From positions 40,079 through 104,078 of IMG/VR virus record IMGVR_UViG_3300014205_000188: 64,000 nucleotides of DNA, one strand, 5' to 3'. The notes under the pieces were generated by a model. It was not told the origin of the DNA. It was given only the letters and a program-made list of their open reading frames with translations, and did not search any database. This document shows, piece after piece, positions 7,595 through 18,300 of the stretch; position 1 is the first letter of the stretch; each line of letters starts with the position of its first letter. The stretch is from a virus (Duplodnaviria; Caudoviricetes). The position numbers and the translations under genes are program-made.

Positions 7595-8698
7595 ATGATG
7601 ATCACATTTGAGTCATTGGAAAAAGCCCTGGCTCCTATTGCGGAGGTGGGTCAACAGGAGTTGACTTTTGACCTGGGTGGGACCCTCATCACCCTCTCCG
7701 GGATCACCCCTGAGCAGGATATCGAGGTGACTCGTTTTGCAAATGAGGCACTCTCCACCGACGAGAGTATGCCCAACACAGCAGATTGGGCCACTCGTTT
7801 CAAACTTGCTCTCCTGTCCCATGCTATTGTAGCCGTTGGGGATCAGGATCTTCGTGGTGTTGAGACCATTGCTACCGGGGAGACCCTGCCTAATGGGGTT
7901 CCTTTGCGCTTGCCCAAGGCGCAGGCTATGAGGAAGTTGCTCTCCCGTTGGACAGAGTCCGTTCGTAACTTGCTCCTCCGTAAGTATGGAGAGTTGCTCG
8001 TTCAGTTGGAACTGAAGTCGGACAAGCTGGTCCAGTTTGACTTCATGGATTTGGACGCTGAAATCGCCAACTTGGAGGGTCGCCTGTCCTCCTTGAAGAA
8101 TGCAAGGGAGCAAGCCCAGGCCAAGGAGACCACTGAGATCGCCAATATGGTGAAGACCTTGGTGAAGATTGACTCCCAAGATCGAGAAGACTCTCATCAG
8201 TTGGTTGATCAGTTCCGGCAGACCCCAGTACAAGATGCTAAGATCGATCCCAGCGCCTTTGGAGGCCCCCCACAAGCCCCCAAGGGACCCCGCCAGTCGG
8301 TGCTGCCTGACCGGGCCACACCGCCACCCCCGAGGGCTCAGGAGCCCGTACAGAGGGTGCAGGAGCCCACTCCTGCACCCCAGGAGTATCGGGAGCCTCA
8401 CCAATCATTGGGCCCCGTAAACCTTCCAGAGGAGGACTCCTTCATCGACCCCTCAGATGAAGAGGGTTTTGCTGCAGCCATGCAGCTGGAAAACAGGCGC
8501 ATGGCTGAGTTGCGGGGGAACAGATTGAATCGACCCCCACACCTGGCGGCTCAAGAGGTAGTTCTTGAGCCGGAACAGATTTTCAACCCTGCTCCGGCTG
8601 AGGAGTACACAGGCCCACTGCCCCAACGGAGCATTCCCCCTGTGAATGTTGGGTCCAAGTCGATCAACCCTCGTTTCCAGCCCCCCAAGCGGTCATGA
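7595..8698 (+). CDS. Putative tail assembly chaperone 1 (globular N-terminus, coiled coil, Pro-rich tail)
   Basis: Located between tube and tape measure. FKLALLSHAIVAV...W...R.LL.RKY.EL is chaperone-like. GGAG upstream. Confidence 0.55.
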   Translation: MMITFESLEKALAPIAEVGQQELTFDLGGTLITLSGITPEQDIEVTRFANEALSTDESMPNTADWATRFKLALLSHAIVAVGDQDLRGVETIATGETLPNGVPLRLPKAQAMRKLLSRWTESVRNLLLRKYGELLVQLELKSDKLVQFDFMDLDAEIANLEGRLSSLKNAREQAQAKETTEIANMVKTLVKIDSQDREDSHQLVDQFRQTPVQDAKIDPSAFGGPPQAPKGPRQSVLPDRATPPPPRAQEPVQRVQEPTPAPQEYREPHQSLGPVNLPEEDSFIDPSDEEGFAAAMQLENRRMAELRGNRLNRPPHLAAQEVVLEPEQIFNPAPAEEYTGPLPQRSIPPVNVGSKSINPRFQPPKRS

Positions 8699-8701
8699 CC
8701 T

Positions 8702-9835
8702 GTGCTGAAGTTGCGAAAGACAAAGGCGGAGGAACGAACTTCGCTTTATGAGGACGTGGAAGCCCTGCTCACACAGGGCTTCATCACCTCAAGTCTGAGG
8801 ATCAACTCAGTTCGTTTGTCGCTGCGATCTCTTGGTCCAGGGGATGTCTTTGTTCTTCGATCCCGTGTGGGTTCGGGAACTGACCACGAGTGGCAGGTTT
8901 GGGCCTTGGCCTCAGCCACGTGGCTTCTGAATGGACAGGTGTTGTTGGGTGACCCCCAGGCAACAGTTCGCGTCTATGAGGTTTTTCGAGGCCTCTCCCG
9001 TGGGTCCCTGGACAAGATGTTCATAGCCCTGTTGGAGTTGTTCCGACGGCAAAGCAAAGCCATGACCGCGGTGGAGCCCTTTTGCTACGAGACCTCCTCC
9101 CGGTTTTTGTGGCGTACCTATGGTGGACACCACCCAGCTTCTCATGCCGGCATTCCCGGGGTGGATTCACTGGGGACAAACAACATTCAGAGGATGTGGA
9201 CTTTTTTCAATGTCGTCGAGGATCAGCGGATTCATGATGACACGATGTGGGAAGGGTTCAAGCTCTCTGTCTCAGCCACCTCCCCCAAGGGGGTGCAGAA
9301 GATTGACAAGCGGGATCAGCAACTACGCCAGGAGGAACTGGAACGGCGTCAAATGCTTCAGGATCGTTTCTTCTACCTGACCAAAGGTGTGATCAAGGAG
9401 GAGGACAAGAATCTGATGCTGGAGCACCAAGTCAAAACTGTTGTTGACTTGGAAGAGGAGTTGAGACGCTGGATTGCCGGGGAGGAGGACGATCATGACC
9501 GGGCGATCAGGGAATACAAGGAACGGATCCTAGCTCGTTACGAACAAGAGAAAGAGGCACGGGAGAGGCGTCGAGCTGAACTGATAGCGCAACAAGATTC
9601 AGCTGTGGACGAGACCGAGGCCCCTCTTCAGGTGTACACCCCGGAACAAGTGCGAGATTTGTTGCGGGGTCAGCCCTCGGTGTCGGATACGGCGGCCGTC
9701 AAGTCAGCGGCCCAAGAGCACCTTCGAGAGAGGTTCTTAGAGACTTACCCTATGAGCACACCCGTGGGAGAGGACTTGACCCAACGTCTCGCCTCACGTC
9801 AAGTGTCTTTTAGGACAGAGGAGTCGGAGGACTGA
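8702..9835 (+). CDS. Putative tail assembly chaperone 2 / pre-tape-measure protein
   Basis: 377 aa with a charged coiled-coil C-terminal half. TGATG-coupled to the tape measure gene. Confidence 0.55.
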   Translation: MLKLRKTKAEERTSLYEDVEALLTQGFITSSLRINSVRLSLRSLGPGDVFVLRSRVGSGTDHEWQVWALASATWLLNGQVLLGDPQATVRVYEVFRGLSRGSLDKMFIALLELFRRQSKAMTAVEPFCYETSSRFLWRTYGGHHPASHAGIPGVDSLGTNNIQRMWTFFNVVEDQRIHDDTMWEGFKLSVSATSPKGVQKIDKRDQQLRQEELERRQMLQDRFFYLTKGVIKEEDKNLMLEHQVKTVVDLEEELRRWIAGEEDDHDRAIREYKERILARYEQEKEARERRRAELIAQQDSAVDETEAPLQVYTPEQVRDLLRGQPSVSDTAAVKSAAQEHLRERFLETYPMSTPVGEDLTQRLASRQVSFRTEESED

Positions 9836-12800
9836 TGGGACGCTCAAACGACACGGCACTCCGAATCATGCTTGACCCTGAACTAAAAGGGCTCAAGGAG
9901 TTGCGAGCTGGACTGGTGAAGGCTGTAACGGAATCGACCACCGTCTTTTCTAAGAAGATGGTCATGGGGACCAAAGACAATCTGCAGAAACAACTCAAAG
10001 CGGCAGAGAAAGCAGCCCTGAAGGTTGCAGCCTTGAACCATGTGTTGGCCACCAAGAGTTTTGATGAGGAGAAGAAGAGGCGGATTCAAGCCTCTCTGGC
10101 TGAGGCCAAGATTAAATCTCGCGAGGCGGAGAAGCTGTTCAAGCAGGAGTTAAAGCACGAACAGCGTATCATCACTCGTCGTCAAAAATCGATGGCTAAG
10201 ATTCTCACCTCTCAAGAGGCATCGAAAGCGGCTGGTGCGGCTGGTGCGGCATTTGGAGAGTCCATTGCCGATGCCTTCGACGACTTCATGTCCAAAGACG
10301 TTGCCAAGATGGCAGGGGGATTGTTCAAGCGAGTTGGGTCGGGGACTCAAAAGTTAGGGGAGGGTCTTAGCAAGAAGGCTGCCACTGACTCCGTCTTGGG
10401 AAAGATGGGGGGCATGATGGCAAAAATGGGGCCCGCCATTGCCGCCATTGGGGCTTTGGCTTTGGGTTTCGGAGCCTTGATCAAAATGGTCTTTGACGCT
10501 GACGCCCACATGAAGGGTCTGAACAAGGCCATGTTGGAGGGGGGCACGGTTGCCAACGACCTAGTGGACAAGTACGGCATGCTCGGTCCAACGCTGAACA
10601 AGATCAGTTTGCATTTTGCCAATGCCCGAAATCTTGCGGTTGAGTTCGGAATCAAGGCCGAGGAGAGCATGAAGATCCTCTCCGCCTATGGTGAAGCCAA
10701 CCAAGGGTTAGCTAAGTTGACGGCGGGGATCAAGGACCAAACACAGGCCATGACAAGGCTGGAAACAGCCACGATTAGGGCCGTGGCTTATAGCCGTCTG
10801 TTTGGTATGGAGTCGACTGAGATGGCGACCCATTTTGCCGAATACATGACCAACTTGGGTTACACCCTGGAGGGAGTGCAGGAGAAGTTTTCCGGGATTG
10901 CTTTGGCAGCTCGAGACTCAGGTTTCTCGACCAAGCGTTTCACAGGGATCCTTCTGCAAGCCACCTCGGGTATGGCTCAGTACAACGTGCGCCTGCTGGA
11001 AACGGCTGATTTGCTCACCATGCTCATGCAGACCCTGGGTGAGAAAGAGGGCGGAGATTTGCTGGGCCGTTTGGCAGGGGGCAACAAGGGTCAGGATACA
11101 AGTACTCTGACTAAGCAAGTTTTGCTGATGACGGAGGAGAAAACTCGGGACATCCTGCTTAAGGACTCTGCTCGAGCAGCTTCGGATTTCATCTCTAAGG
11201 TCAAAGATTTTGAGTCGAGTACCGGGTCGGTGGCAATCTCTAAAGCTCTGTCTGCAGCCGGTTTGAGCATGGAGATGACGGGGGACGAGTTTTCTACCGC
11301 CTTGGACAAACTGCCATTGGCTATTGCCAATGCTTTGCAGGCTCAGATCAAAGCCGAAAACATGGGTCTAGGAAGTACCTTCACCGGAGTCCGAGAGGTG
11401 TCTCAGGCACGCAGTGGGGGCATGGGTGGTCTTGTGGCGGGATTGAGAGGAGCCGGGGTCTCCGCTAACTTGGCCATGGACTTCATCAAGGCTTTCGGTG
11501 CCCTGGGCAAAGATTTGAACGCAGTGAACAAAAAAGACATTGGTGAGATGATTGCTTTGGAGGGTCTTGCCGGTTTTTCCCGTGAGGAGTTGACCCAAGT
11601 TCAGACCGTCGGCGCAGACTTTTTGGGCCGCATTGAGACTCTGGAACGGATGTCCTCGCTGGCAAAGGGGGGCACAGCAGAGGGGGCAGCTCAGGTCACC
11701 ACCTTCAATGCCACGACAGCTAAGAAGTGGGGCATTTTCATTGATGAGGCTGGGCGTTGGTTCAAGGGTAAGCAAGGTGCCTGGACGGAGAATGAGAGTG
11801 ACAAAGTTTACCTTGACGAGAAGTCCTTAACAGAAATGATCATGGCCGCTGGCTCTGCACTGGACAAAGTTTCCGAAGACGACGTCAATGAGTCTTTGAT
11901 GCTGGCTGCGGAAGTGGTTGATGCTACCAGAAGCATCGGAGACATTCTGTCAGATCAGATTGATGGGACTCTGACCAAGATTTTCTCCACCATTTCCCAG
12001 TTGCTAGCTTGGTTCATGGGATCTGGGGACGAGGATGTGAGGGAGAAGGTGCAACTCCTGATGGATCAAAACACTATCCTCATGGAGTCCATAGGGGCTG
12101 AGATCGGAGCCCAAAGGGGGAAGGTCGGGGGTCTACGCTCTTCACTTCGCACGGCTAAGGGGGAAGATCGTGTTCGGATCCAGCGTGAGCTAGAGGAAGA
12201 AACGAGGGTACTCGAGGGTCTTCGGGAGAAGCAAAAAGTTGCTAAGGGCACCGTTCAGGGTTTGAGAGGTGTCCGTTCACAAGAGGATGCCGAACGGTTG
12301 TTGGGGCATGACTTGGATGACGGGTGGTTTGACCTTATTGACCCCGAGATGGACGCTGAGGAACTTCAAAAGGTGCTAGCTCAGCATGTGAAGCAAAAAC
12401 TGCAGGATAGTCGTTGGGAGGACTTGTCCCCAGAACGGCGTAAGGCACTTACGGCTGGTGGTCGCCAACAAGTAATGTCCACGGCTGAAGCAGTGGCCTC
12501 CTCGGGTACGAAAAGACAATACATGCATGGTGGTTATCAAACCATCGACCGGGGAGAGTTCCAAAGGGCCAACCCGGACTATTTTGAGTCCATCGGGGAG
12601 GAAAAAGCAAGGCAGATGGCGAAGGCTCGTCTAGCCGCTGAAAACACGGGTCAGGCTCAACCTGGTGTTCCTGGTCTCTATATGGACAGGTACGGGTACC
12701 CCTCCTCCGCGCTCTCCCCGGGCGGCACGACCCTGTTGCCGGAACAAGCTCCAATCACAGAAAAGCAAGCTCAGCAGATGCAACTAGATGCAGATGAGCG

Positions 12801-13239
12801 TCGTAAGAAAGATGCTCTCGAGGCGGCAAGGAAAGCGGAGAAGCATGAGGAGACCGAGAATGATCGGGTGATGAAGAGGGAGGAGGCCCGATTAAAAGAT
12901 GCACAGTTGTCCTTGATTTTGGGTGTTCTCGGCAATGACAGCACACCCACGGCTCGAATGGCTGCTGCTAAGGCCCTGTTGGCGGGTGACGCCTCCGGTC
13001 TTCCTCCCGAGGTTAGAAAGCGTCTGCTTGACAATCCAAGAGTGGGTGAACTGGGAAGTACCAGTGTGATGGCACTTCAAGGAGGTGCCTATGGGGCCCG
13101 GGTCGAGGGGCCACCCCCCGGAGCCACAGGAGCAACAAGACCCTGGTCCTCAACCTCGAGGGTGAATGTCAATCACTTCTATCAGGGTACGCCTACCGCT
13201 CAACAACTGGAGATTCAGGCTGAGGCATTCAGAAAATGA
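9835..13239 (+). CDS. Tape measure protein
   Basis: 1134 aa, Ala/Gly/Leu/Lys-rich and helical, with hydrophobic segment MGPAIAAIGALALGFGALI. Canonical position. Confidence 0.8.
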   Translation: MGRSNDTALRIMLDPELKGLKELRAGLVKAVTESTTVFSKKMVMGTKDNLQKQLKAAEKAALKVAALNHVLATKSFDEEKKRRIQASLAEAKIKSREAEKLFKQELKHEQRIITRRQKSMAKILTSQEASKAAGAAGAAFGESIADAFDDFMSKDVAKMAGGLFKRVGSGTQKLGEGLSKKAATDSVLGKMGGMMAKMGPAIAAIGALALGFGALIKMVFDADAHMKGLNKAMLEGGTVANDLVDKYGMLGPTLNKISLHFANARNLAVEFGIKAEESMKILSAYGEANQGLAKLTAGIKDQTQAMTRLETATIRAVAYSRLFGMESTEMATHFAEYMTNLGYTLEGVQEKFSGIALAARDSGFSTKRFTGILLQATSGMAQYNVRLLETADLLTMLMQTLGEKEGGDLLGRLAGGNKGQDTSTLTKQVLLMTEEKTRDILLKDSARAASDFISKVKDFESSTGSVAISKALSAAGLSMEMTGDEFSTALDKLPLAIANALQAQIKAENMGLGSTFTGVREVSQARSGGMGGLVAGLRGAGVSANLAMDFIKAFGALGKDLNAVNKKDIGEMIALEGLAGFSREELTQVQTVGADFLGRIETLERMSSLAKGGTAEGAAQVTTFNATTAKKWGIFIDEAGRWFKGKQGAWTENESDKVYLDEKSLTEMIMAAGSALDKVSEDDVNESLMLAAEVVDATRSIGDILSDQIDGTLTKIFSTISQLLAWFMGSGDEDVREKVQLLMDQNTILMESIGAEIGAQRGKVGGLRSSLRTAKGEDRVRIQRELEEETRVLEGLREKQKVAKGTVQGLRGVRSQEDAERLLGHDLDDGWFDLIDPEMDAEELQKVLAQHVKQKLQDSRWEDLSPERRKALTAGGRQQVMSTAEAVASSGTKRQYMHGGYQTIDRGEFQRANPDYFESIGEEKARQMAKARLAAENTGQAQPGVPGLYMDRYGYPSSALSPGGTTLLPEQAPITEKQAQQMQLDADERRKKDALEAARKAEKHEETENDRVMKREEARLKDAQLSLILGVLGNDSTPTARMAAAKALLAGDASGLPPEVRKRLLDNPRVGELGSTSVMALQGGAYGARVEGPPPGATGATRPWSSTSRVNVNHFYQGTPTAQQLEIQAEAFRK

Positions 13240-13850
13240 GTACCACAACCCCAGTCTTCAGGTCCGCTTTCCAATCAGCGGATGACGCCGCCAACACATC
13301 CAAGGCGGTGCGGCCCTTTGTCTTTGACATTCTGGGCCCCGACATGGAGACGTCGATCCTCCCTGAGTCACTGCGCATGATTCTACATGTGCCACCTCAG
13401 TCCGTAGCTTTCAGCTATGAGAAGACCATTGAGCGCATCCCGACAAAGGGTGGGTTCGTGGAGCAACACTGGGGAGACGGACCACAGACGCTGTCTTTCA
13501 CCATGGTCACCGGGGGGTTTGTCCGTGTGGCCTCAGGTATGTCCAATGTCACAGGTGGTCCTGGGTCCTATCAGGCAGGAGGGACGAGGAGAGAGACAAT
13601 CGCCTATGACAAGTATCTGGACATGTTGGCCTTGTATCGCAACAATGGCTCTGTCTATGACAATACTGGGCAGATTGTTTTTCAGGGTGTGATCAAGGTC
13701 ACCTTTGACAAAGGGGTGTACCTGGGGTGGTTTTCCAACTTCCAAGTGACAGAGGACGCCACCAAACCTTTTCTCTTCAGCCTGACAACAAACTTCACGG
13801 TCTACCGTGAAATCCTACGCTTGCACTCCAATGGTCTGGGAGGTCGCTGA
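13236..13850 (+). CDS. Tube-fold baseplate/tube initiator protein (gp48/gp54-like role)
   Basis: LHVPPQSVAFSYEK...TKGGFVEQHWG...LYRNNG...YLGWFSNFQVTEDA.KPF.F...NFTV. Directly after the tape measure gene. Confidence 0.6.
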   Translation: MSTTTPVFRSAFQSADDAANTSKAVRPFVFDILGPDMETSILPESLRMILHVPPQSVAFSYEKTIERIPTKGGFVEQHWGDGPQTLSFTMVTGGFVRVASGMSNVTGGPGSYQAGGTRRETIAYDKYLDMLALYRNNGSVYDNTGQIVFQGVIKVTFDKGVYLGWFSNFQVTEDATKPFLFSLTTNFTVYREILRLHSNGLGGR

Positions 13851-15346
13851 TGGCCAAGATAGCACCACCCCCACAAAGGACTGCTTCAGCCCCTATCCAA
13901 CCCACCACCTCCAATAGTGTCCCTCAAGATGCACCGCAGCCTCTGATCGGCTCTTACTCCACTGTGGTGGACATAGCCTCTTTGCAAAGCTACCAGAGTC
14001 AACAACTGGCTGGGGGGACCTATTTGAGTCCTGAGTCCAATGCCTCGGCTTACAAGAAGAACGATGAGCAGAGAACTGCTGCCTCCATCCAGAAGTCCCC
14101 GGAGCCATCCTCATATCGTCCCCTTCAAGTGGGACACGCATCCATTGATTATGAGACCTCCTCTACTGTACAAGTCGAGATGTCCTCTCCGCTCCTGAGG
14201 AGCTTGTCCCCCTTCATGTTGCGGGTAGAGCCTCCTCTTGCCTTTGGGGAGGACGGCGGTTTTCTTGCCCGCAAAGGAAACTCCATTCCAGTCAACCTCT
14301 TCACTCAGGCCCAGAGATCCGGGGGGTACGGGGCTGCTCGCAAGGCACTGTCACAGAGTACCTTGGCAGTGGGTGTCAATGGGTTGGTAGGATCCAGTCA
14401 AGAGTTCATGCGTGTCAATGCCAGGTCTGGGACACAAGTGGCTGCTCCTCCGAAACCTGTGGGTGAAACAAATCTAGGTGAGCCCGCTATTGCTGACCTG
14501 GCTCAGGCTGTTGACCTAGCGTGGCAGTTATCCGCCGTGATGCAGGTGGCACCTTTGGTGCTCTTGATCAACCCCCAAAACTTGAGCATCAACTACTCGA
14601 AGATTCAGCAGTTTCAGGACCGTTCCCGGCATGGGTACATTTTCCAGGCATGGGGTGAGGAGCAGCCTAAACTGTCGATCACGGCTAAGTGCGGTGCTTT
14701 TGTTTCTGGTGGTCGCGGTGTGCAGATGGTCAGCCGCCTTGACTCGGTAGCATGGCAAAATCTGATGTCTGCTTTTCACCTCTATCGCAACAACGGTTAC
14801 ATCCATGACATGACGGGTAAGTCAAATGCCCACCTGTTCGTTGGTGCCTTGTCCATCCATTACGACCAGTGGGTTTACTACGGGCACATGGAGAATTTCA
14901 ACTGGACGTTGGATGAGGGCAACACTCATGGTGGTGTTGAGTTCTCGATGGAGTTCACCGTCTCGTCCATGTTGGATACAGCCTCGCCCTCGTACAACGT
15001 AGCACCCATGCGGTCTCCTACTCCGGCACCGTGGGATGCCCAGTACTTGAGTGGGGCCACAAACTCACCAGGTGAGTTCTCAATTGGGTTTGACTCGGAC
15101 GGGACACCACGTCTCACAACCCAAGGGCGAGTTGTGACGGGGGAGTCTTTTGGGCTCCTTGTTCCCGGTGGTCTTGAGCCCATGCTGCAACAGGGGACTG
15201 GATGGGTGAAGCCAACCGCGGGAGCCAATCAGGGGCGGCCCGTGAGTGCCCGAGGATTTCAGGCCACGGGTACAGTGGATCTGCCAGGGCAACGGGCAGT
15301 GAATGTGGCTGTGCCCTCTAAGCTCGGGCCCTTTGGGTTGAGGTGA
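13850..15346 (+). CDS. Second tube-fold initiator protein with low-complexity extensions
   Basis: Central domain LLINPQNLSINYSK...QAWGE...LYRNNG...YYGHMENFNWT.DE...FSMEFTV parallels 13236-13850. Confidence 0.6.
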   Translation: MAKIAPPPQRTASAPIQPTTSNSVPQDAPQPLIGSYSTVVDIASLQSYQSQQLAGGTYLSPESNASAYKKNDEQRTAASIQKSPEPSSYRPLQVGHASIDYETSSTVQVEMSSPLLRSLSPFMLRVEPPLAFGEDGGFLARKGNSIPVNLFTQAQRSGGYGAARKALSQSTLAVGVNGLVGSSQEFMRVNARSGTQVAAPPKPVGETNLGEPAIADLAQAVDLAWQLSAVMQVAPLVLLINPQNLSINYSKIQQFQDRSRHGYIFQAWGEEQPKLSITAKCGAFVSGGRGVQMVSRLDSVAWQNLMSAFHLYRNNGYIHDMTGKSNAHLFVGALSIHYDQWVYYGHMENFNWTLDEGNTHGGVEFSMEFTVSSMLDTASPSYNVAPMRSPTPAPWDAQYLSGATNSPGEFSIGFDSDGTPRLTTQGRVVTGESFGLLVPGGLEPMLQQGTGWVKPTAGANQGRPVSARGFQATGTVDLPGQRAVNVAVPSKLGPFGLR

Positions 15347-15350
15347 CAGG

Positions 15351-18300
15351 ATGGGTTTAGAACAACGTCCGTACATTGGCACTTGGAGGATGGCGCAGAC
15401 CAAAGTTGTCGCCCATACCCCTGATGCCCTTGTCTATATCAACGGAGACATCTCTGTCCCGGGCTGTTACAAGTGCCATAGCAAAATCAACATTCAGCCC
15501 TTTGTAACCAGCATCTCCGTGGATGCCGGTACGGACGCTGCCGCCGGTTCAGCAAACATCTCGTTGGTTCTGCCTACCCACCATCATGAGTCTTTGGCCC
15601 GGGATGGACAGTTCCTGTTTTACCCTGGGCTTGAGGTTCACGTCTACATGCGGGGGTACTTCCCCGTCAAGGGCTTGTACTCCAATCTGACGACCCCCAG
15701 AGGGGTCCTAAAGACAGACCCCGTTACGGGAGAGCAAACCATTGTTCCGGTGACTTTTCAGTACAGTGGGCAACAAGGAGCCATTGCAGAACCGGAGACG
15801 GACACCAAGAAACTAGGACCTCCTGAGAAGGTGACCGGCTTTGAGACCTACAAGCGCAAGGAACCCATCACGGGCATAGTCTTGCATGAGTCTGTGTCCA
15901 CCTCCGTGACCAGTACTGAGAAGGCATTGCAGTCGGGTGGCAACGGCGTTCATTACATAGTGGACATGGATGGCCATGCCTACATGTACTATGACCCCTC
16001 CGAATATGTGACGGCGCATACAGGAGCTGGGGTGAATACGAATGCCACCACAGTGGGCATCGAGTTTGTCAACCCCTACAAGCCGTCCAAGACCTCAGCC
16101 GGTCAGACTGTCCTAGAGACTCCGTGGGCCGCTGGTGGCAAATATGTTGTGCCCCCGGCTGCTCAGCTGGAGGCGGGATACGCCGTGGTCTATCAAGTGG
16201 GGGCTAAGTACGGCGTCCCCGTGGTTTTTCCTGGTGCCACAGGTGACAGTTTCCAGATGAGTGGTTCCGGGATCAACGGTTCCGGGATCAGAAGTCACCA
16301 GCAAATTGGGGACCATGCGGACGGTTCCTTCCCCGCCTTGTACATGGCGATCCGTGCTCGGGGCTACAACCCAGCTGAAGCCTATGCCGCAGCTGTGGAG
16401 GCGGTGAAGCAAGGGGGCAAGTCCGTGGTGCTCCCCCCTGTCAAGGGCTATGCTACAGCACCTTCTCGAGTTATTCTTGACCCCAAAGTGGCCGAGAACA
16501 TGGTGCGCAAGGTGATCCGCACGGAGGCTCAACCAAGTCCCGAGCAGTCAGTTCTGCCTGAGGAAACAGAGGAGAGGATCAACCCAGAGTGGGGACCATC
16601 CATGTTGGATGAGTTGGGTTTGACCAACACGGACATGGACAACCTACTAGCCTACCCCTACTATCATACGTTCCATGGGGTGGTGAAGTCGGTGGCTTAC
16701 TCGTGGAGTGCCGGGTCGCACCAAGTGACCCTCGCCTGTGCCTCTATGCTCTATTTCTGGAGCTACCAGCAGATGAGCACTATGACGTCGGTGCTCGGAG
16801 CCAGGCCACAAAACTCCAAAGCTCGTATGTCTCTCCAGGGGCACAACTTCACGGGCATGCATCCCTACGAGATCATTTACATGTTGCACTATGACACAGC
16901 GGGTGCCGCTGGTGGTGTCGCATGGCATTTGCAGCAGAAGACAAACCAAACGGCTCGGTCTCCTATCACGGGGGAGAGTCTCTTCAGCCTCAACCTGAGA
17001 TATTGGCAGCAGAGGTTTAACCAGAGAGAGATCAAGCTTCGATTGCATGGTGCCTCCGGCGGTTTGTTCAATACAGCCCAGGCTACCTTTCTGAGTCGCT
17101 TGAAGGGCCACCAGATCACGTCCTTGCTCAGGCAACGATACTCTGGGACCGCTCGGTCGGGATCAGGACACATCCTGGCCTCCTCTAAGACCTTAGGGTT
17201 GATGCGCCCCGTAGGACCGGGTCTTCGTGGGAAGATGATCGAGTACTTGAATTTCGGGCGTACCAATGCTGAGTCCCCAGACTCCACTAAGCCGTCCATG
17301 GAGTTGAATCTCGCGGAGATGATCTCCTTCGTGAGCAACATCACGGAGTGGGGTCAGGTGCGTCTTTTCGAGGCCAGTTACGAAACCAAGATGGAGATTG
17401 CTCAGAAGGTTTGTGCCGTCACTGGTTTTGAGTTCTATCAGGATGTGGACGGGGACTTTGTTTTCAAACCCCCCATGTACAATCTGGACACGTCCTCGAG
17501 TCGGGTTTATCGCATCGAGGACATCGATCTTATTTCTGTGAACTTTGAGGAGAGTGAGCCAAACGTCACGTATATGACTGGCAAGGGAGATTTCATCAAG
17601 AATCTGCAGGGGCATGGGGTTGAGGGTGAGTGGGGGGTACAGGGTCAGTACATCGACTATCGTCTGGTGGCCCAGTACGGCTGGCGGGCCGGAAACTTCG
17701 AGGAGTCCTATTACAGTGATTCCAAGTCCGTGTTCTTTGCTGCAATGACACGCATGGACGTGTTGAATGCCCCGGCCCAAAGTGCCACTGTGACCATTCC
17801 TCTTCGTCCTGAACTACGTCCCGGGTACCCCGTGTACATTCCGTACCTGGACTGCTTCTACTACTGTCCCAGCTTCTCACACTCATTCTCTGTTGGCGGT
17901 CAGTGCAGCACCACTTTGCAGTTGACGGCAAAGAGATCTAAGTTTTTTGCCCCGGGTGACCCCAGTCGAATCCAGAGATCACAGTCGGCTGGTGGTGTCA
18001 CCGGGGGTATTGACGCAATCCAGCTAGGGGACACGGCGTTGCCCCCTATGCCCCTTTCGGTTCAGGGGTCGGATGGGCAACCTCGCCTGTCAGGATTTCC
18101 AAACGTGGTTATGGCTTTGGACCCAACCACGATCAATCCTTTGTTCCTTCTTGTGGGCTCCGATGTGGGGGATCTCAACTCCTATGAGGCACTCTCGGGC
18201 CTGATGCGGATGGCCGTGGATCTCAATATCTTGACGGTCAAGGACAAGGGTAACCCTGGGCCTGAATATGTGATGATGACGGATGAGGGTTCCCAGATCA

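Noticed and set aside
15464-15478. CxxCH (CYKCH) heme c motif at the hub N-terminus
   Set aside because: There is no signal peptide and the protein assembles in the cytoplasm. A Zn knuckle or chance match is more likely.
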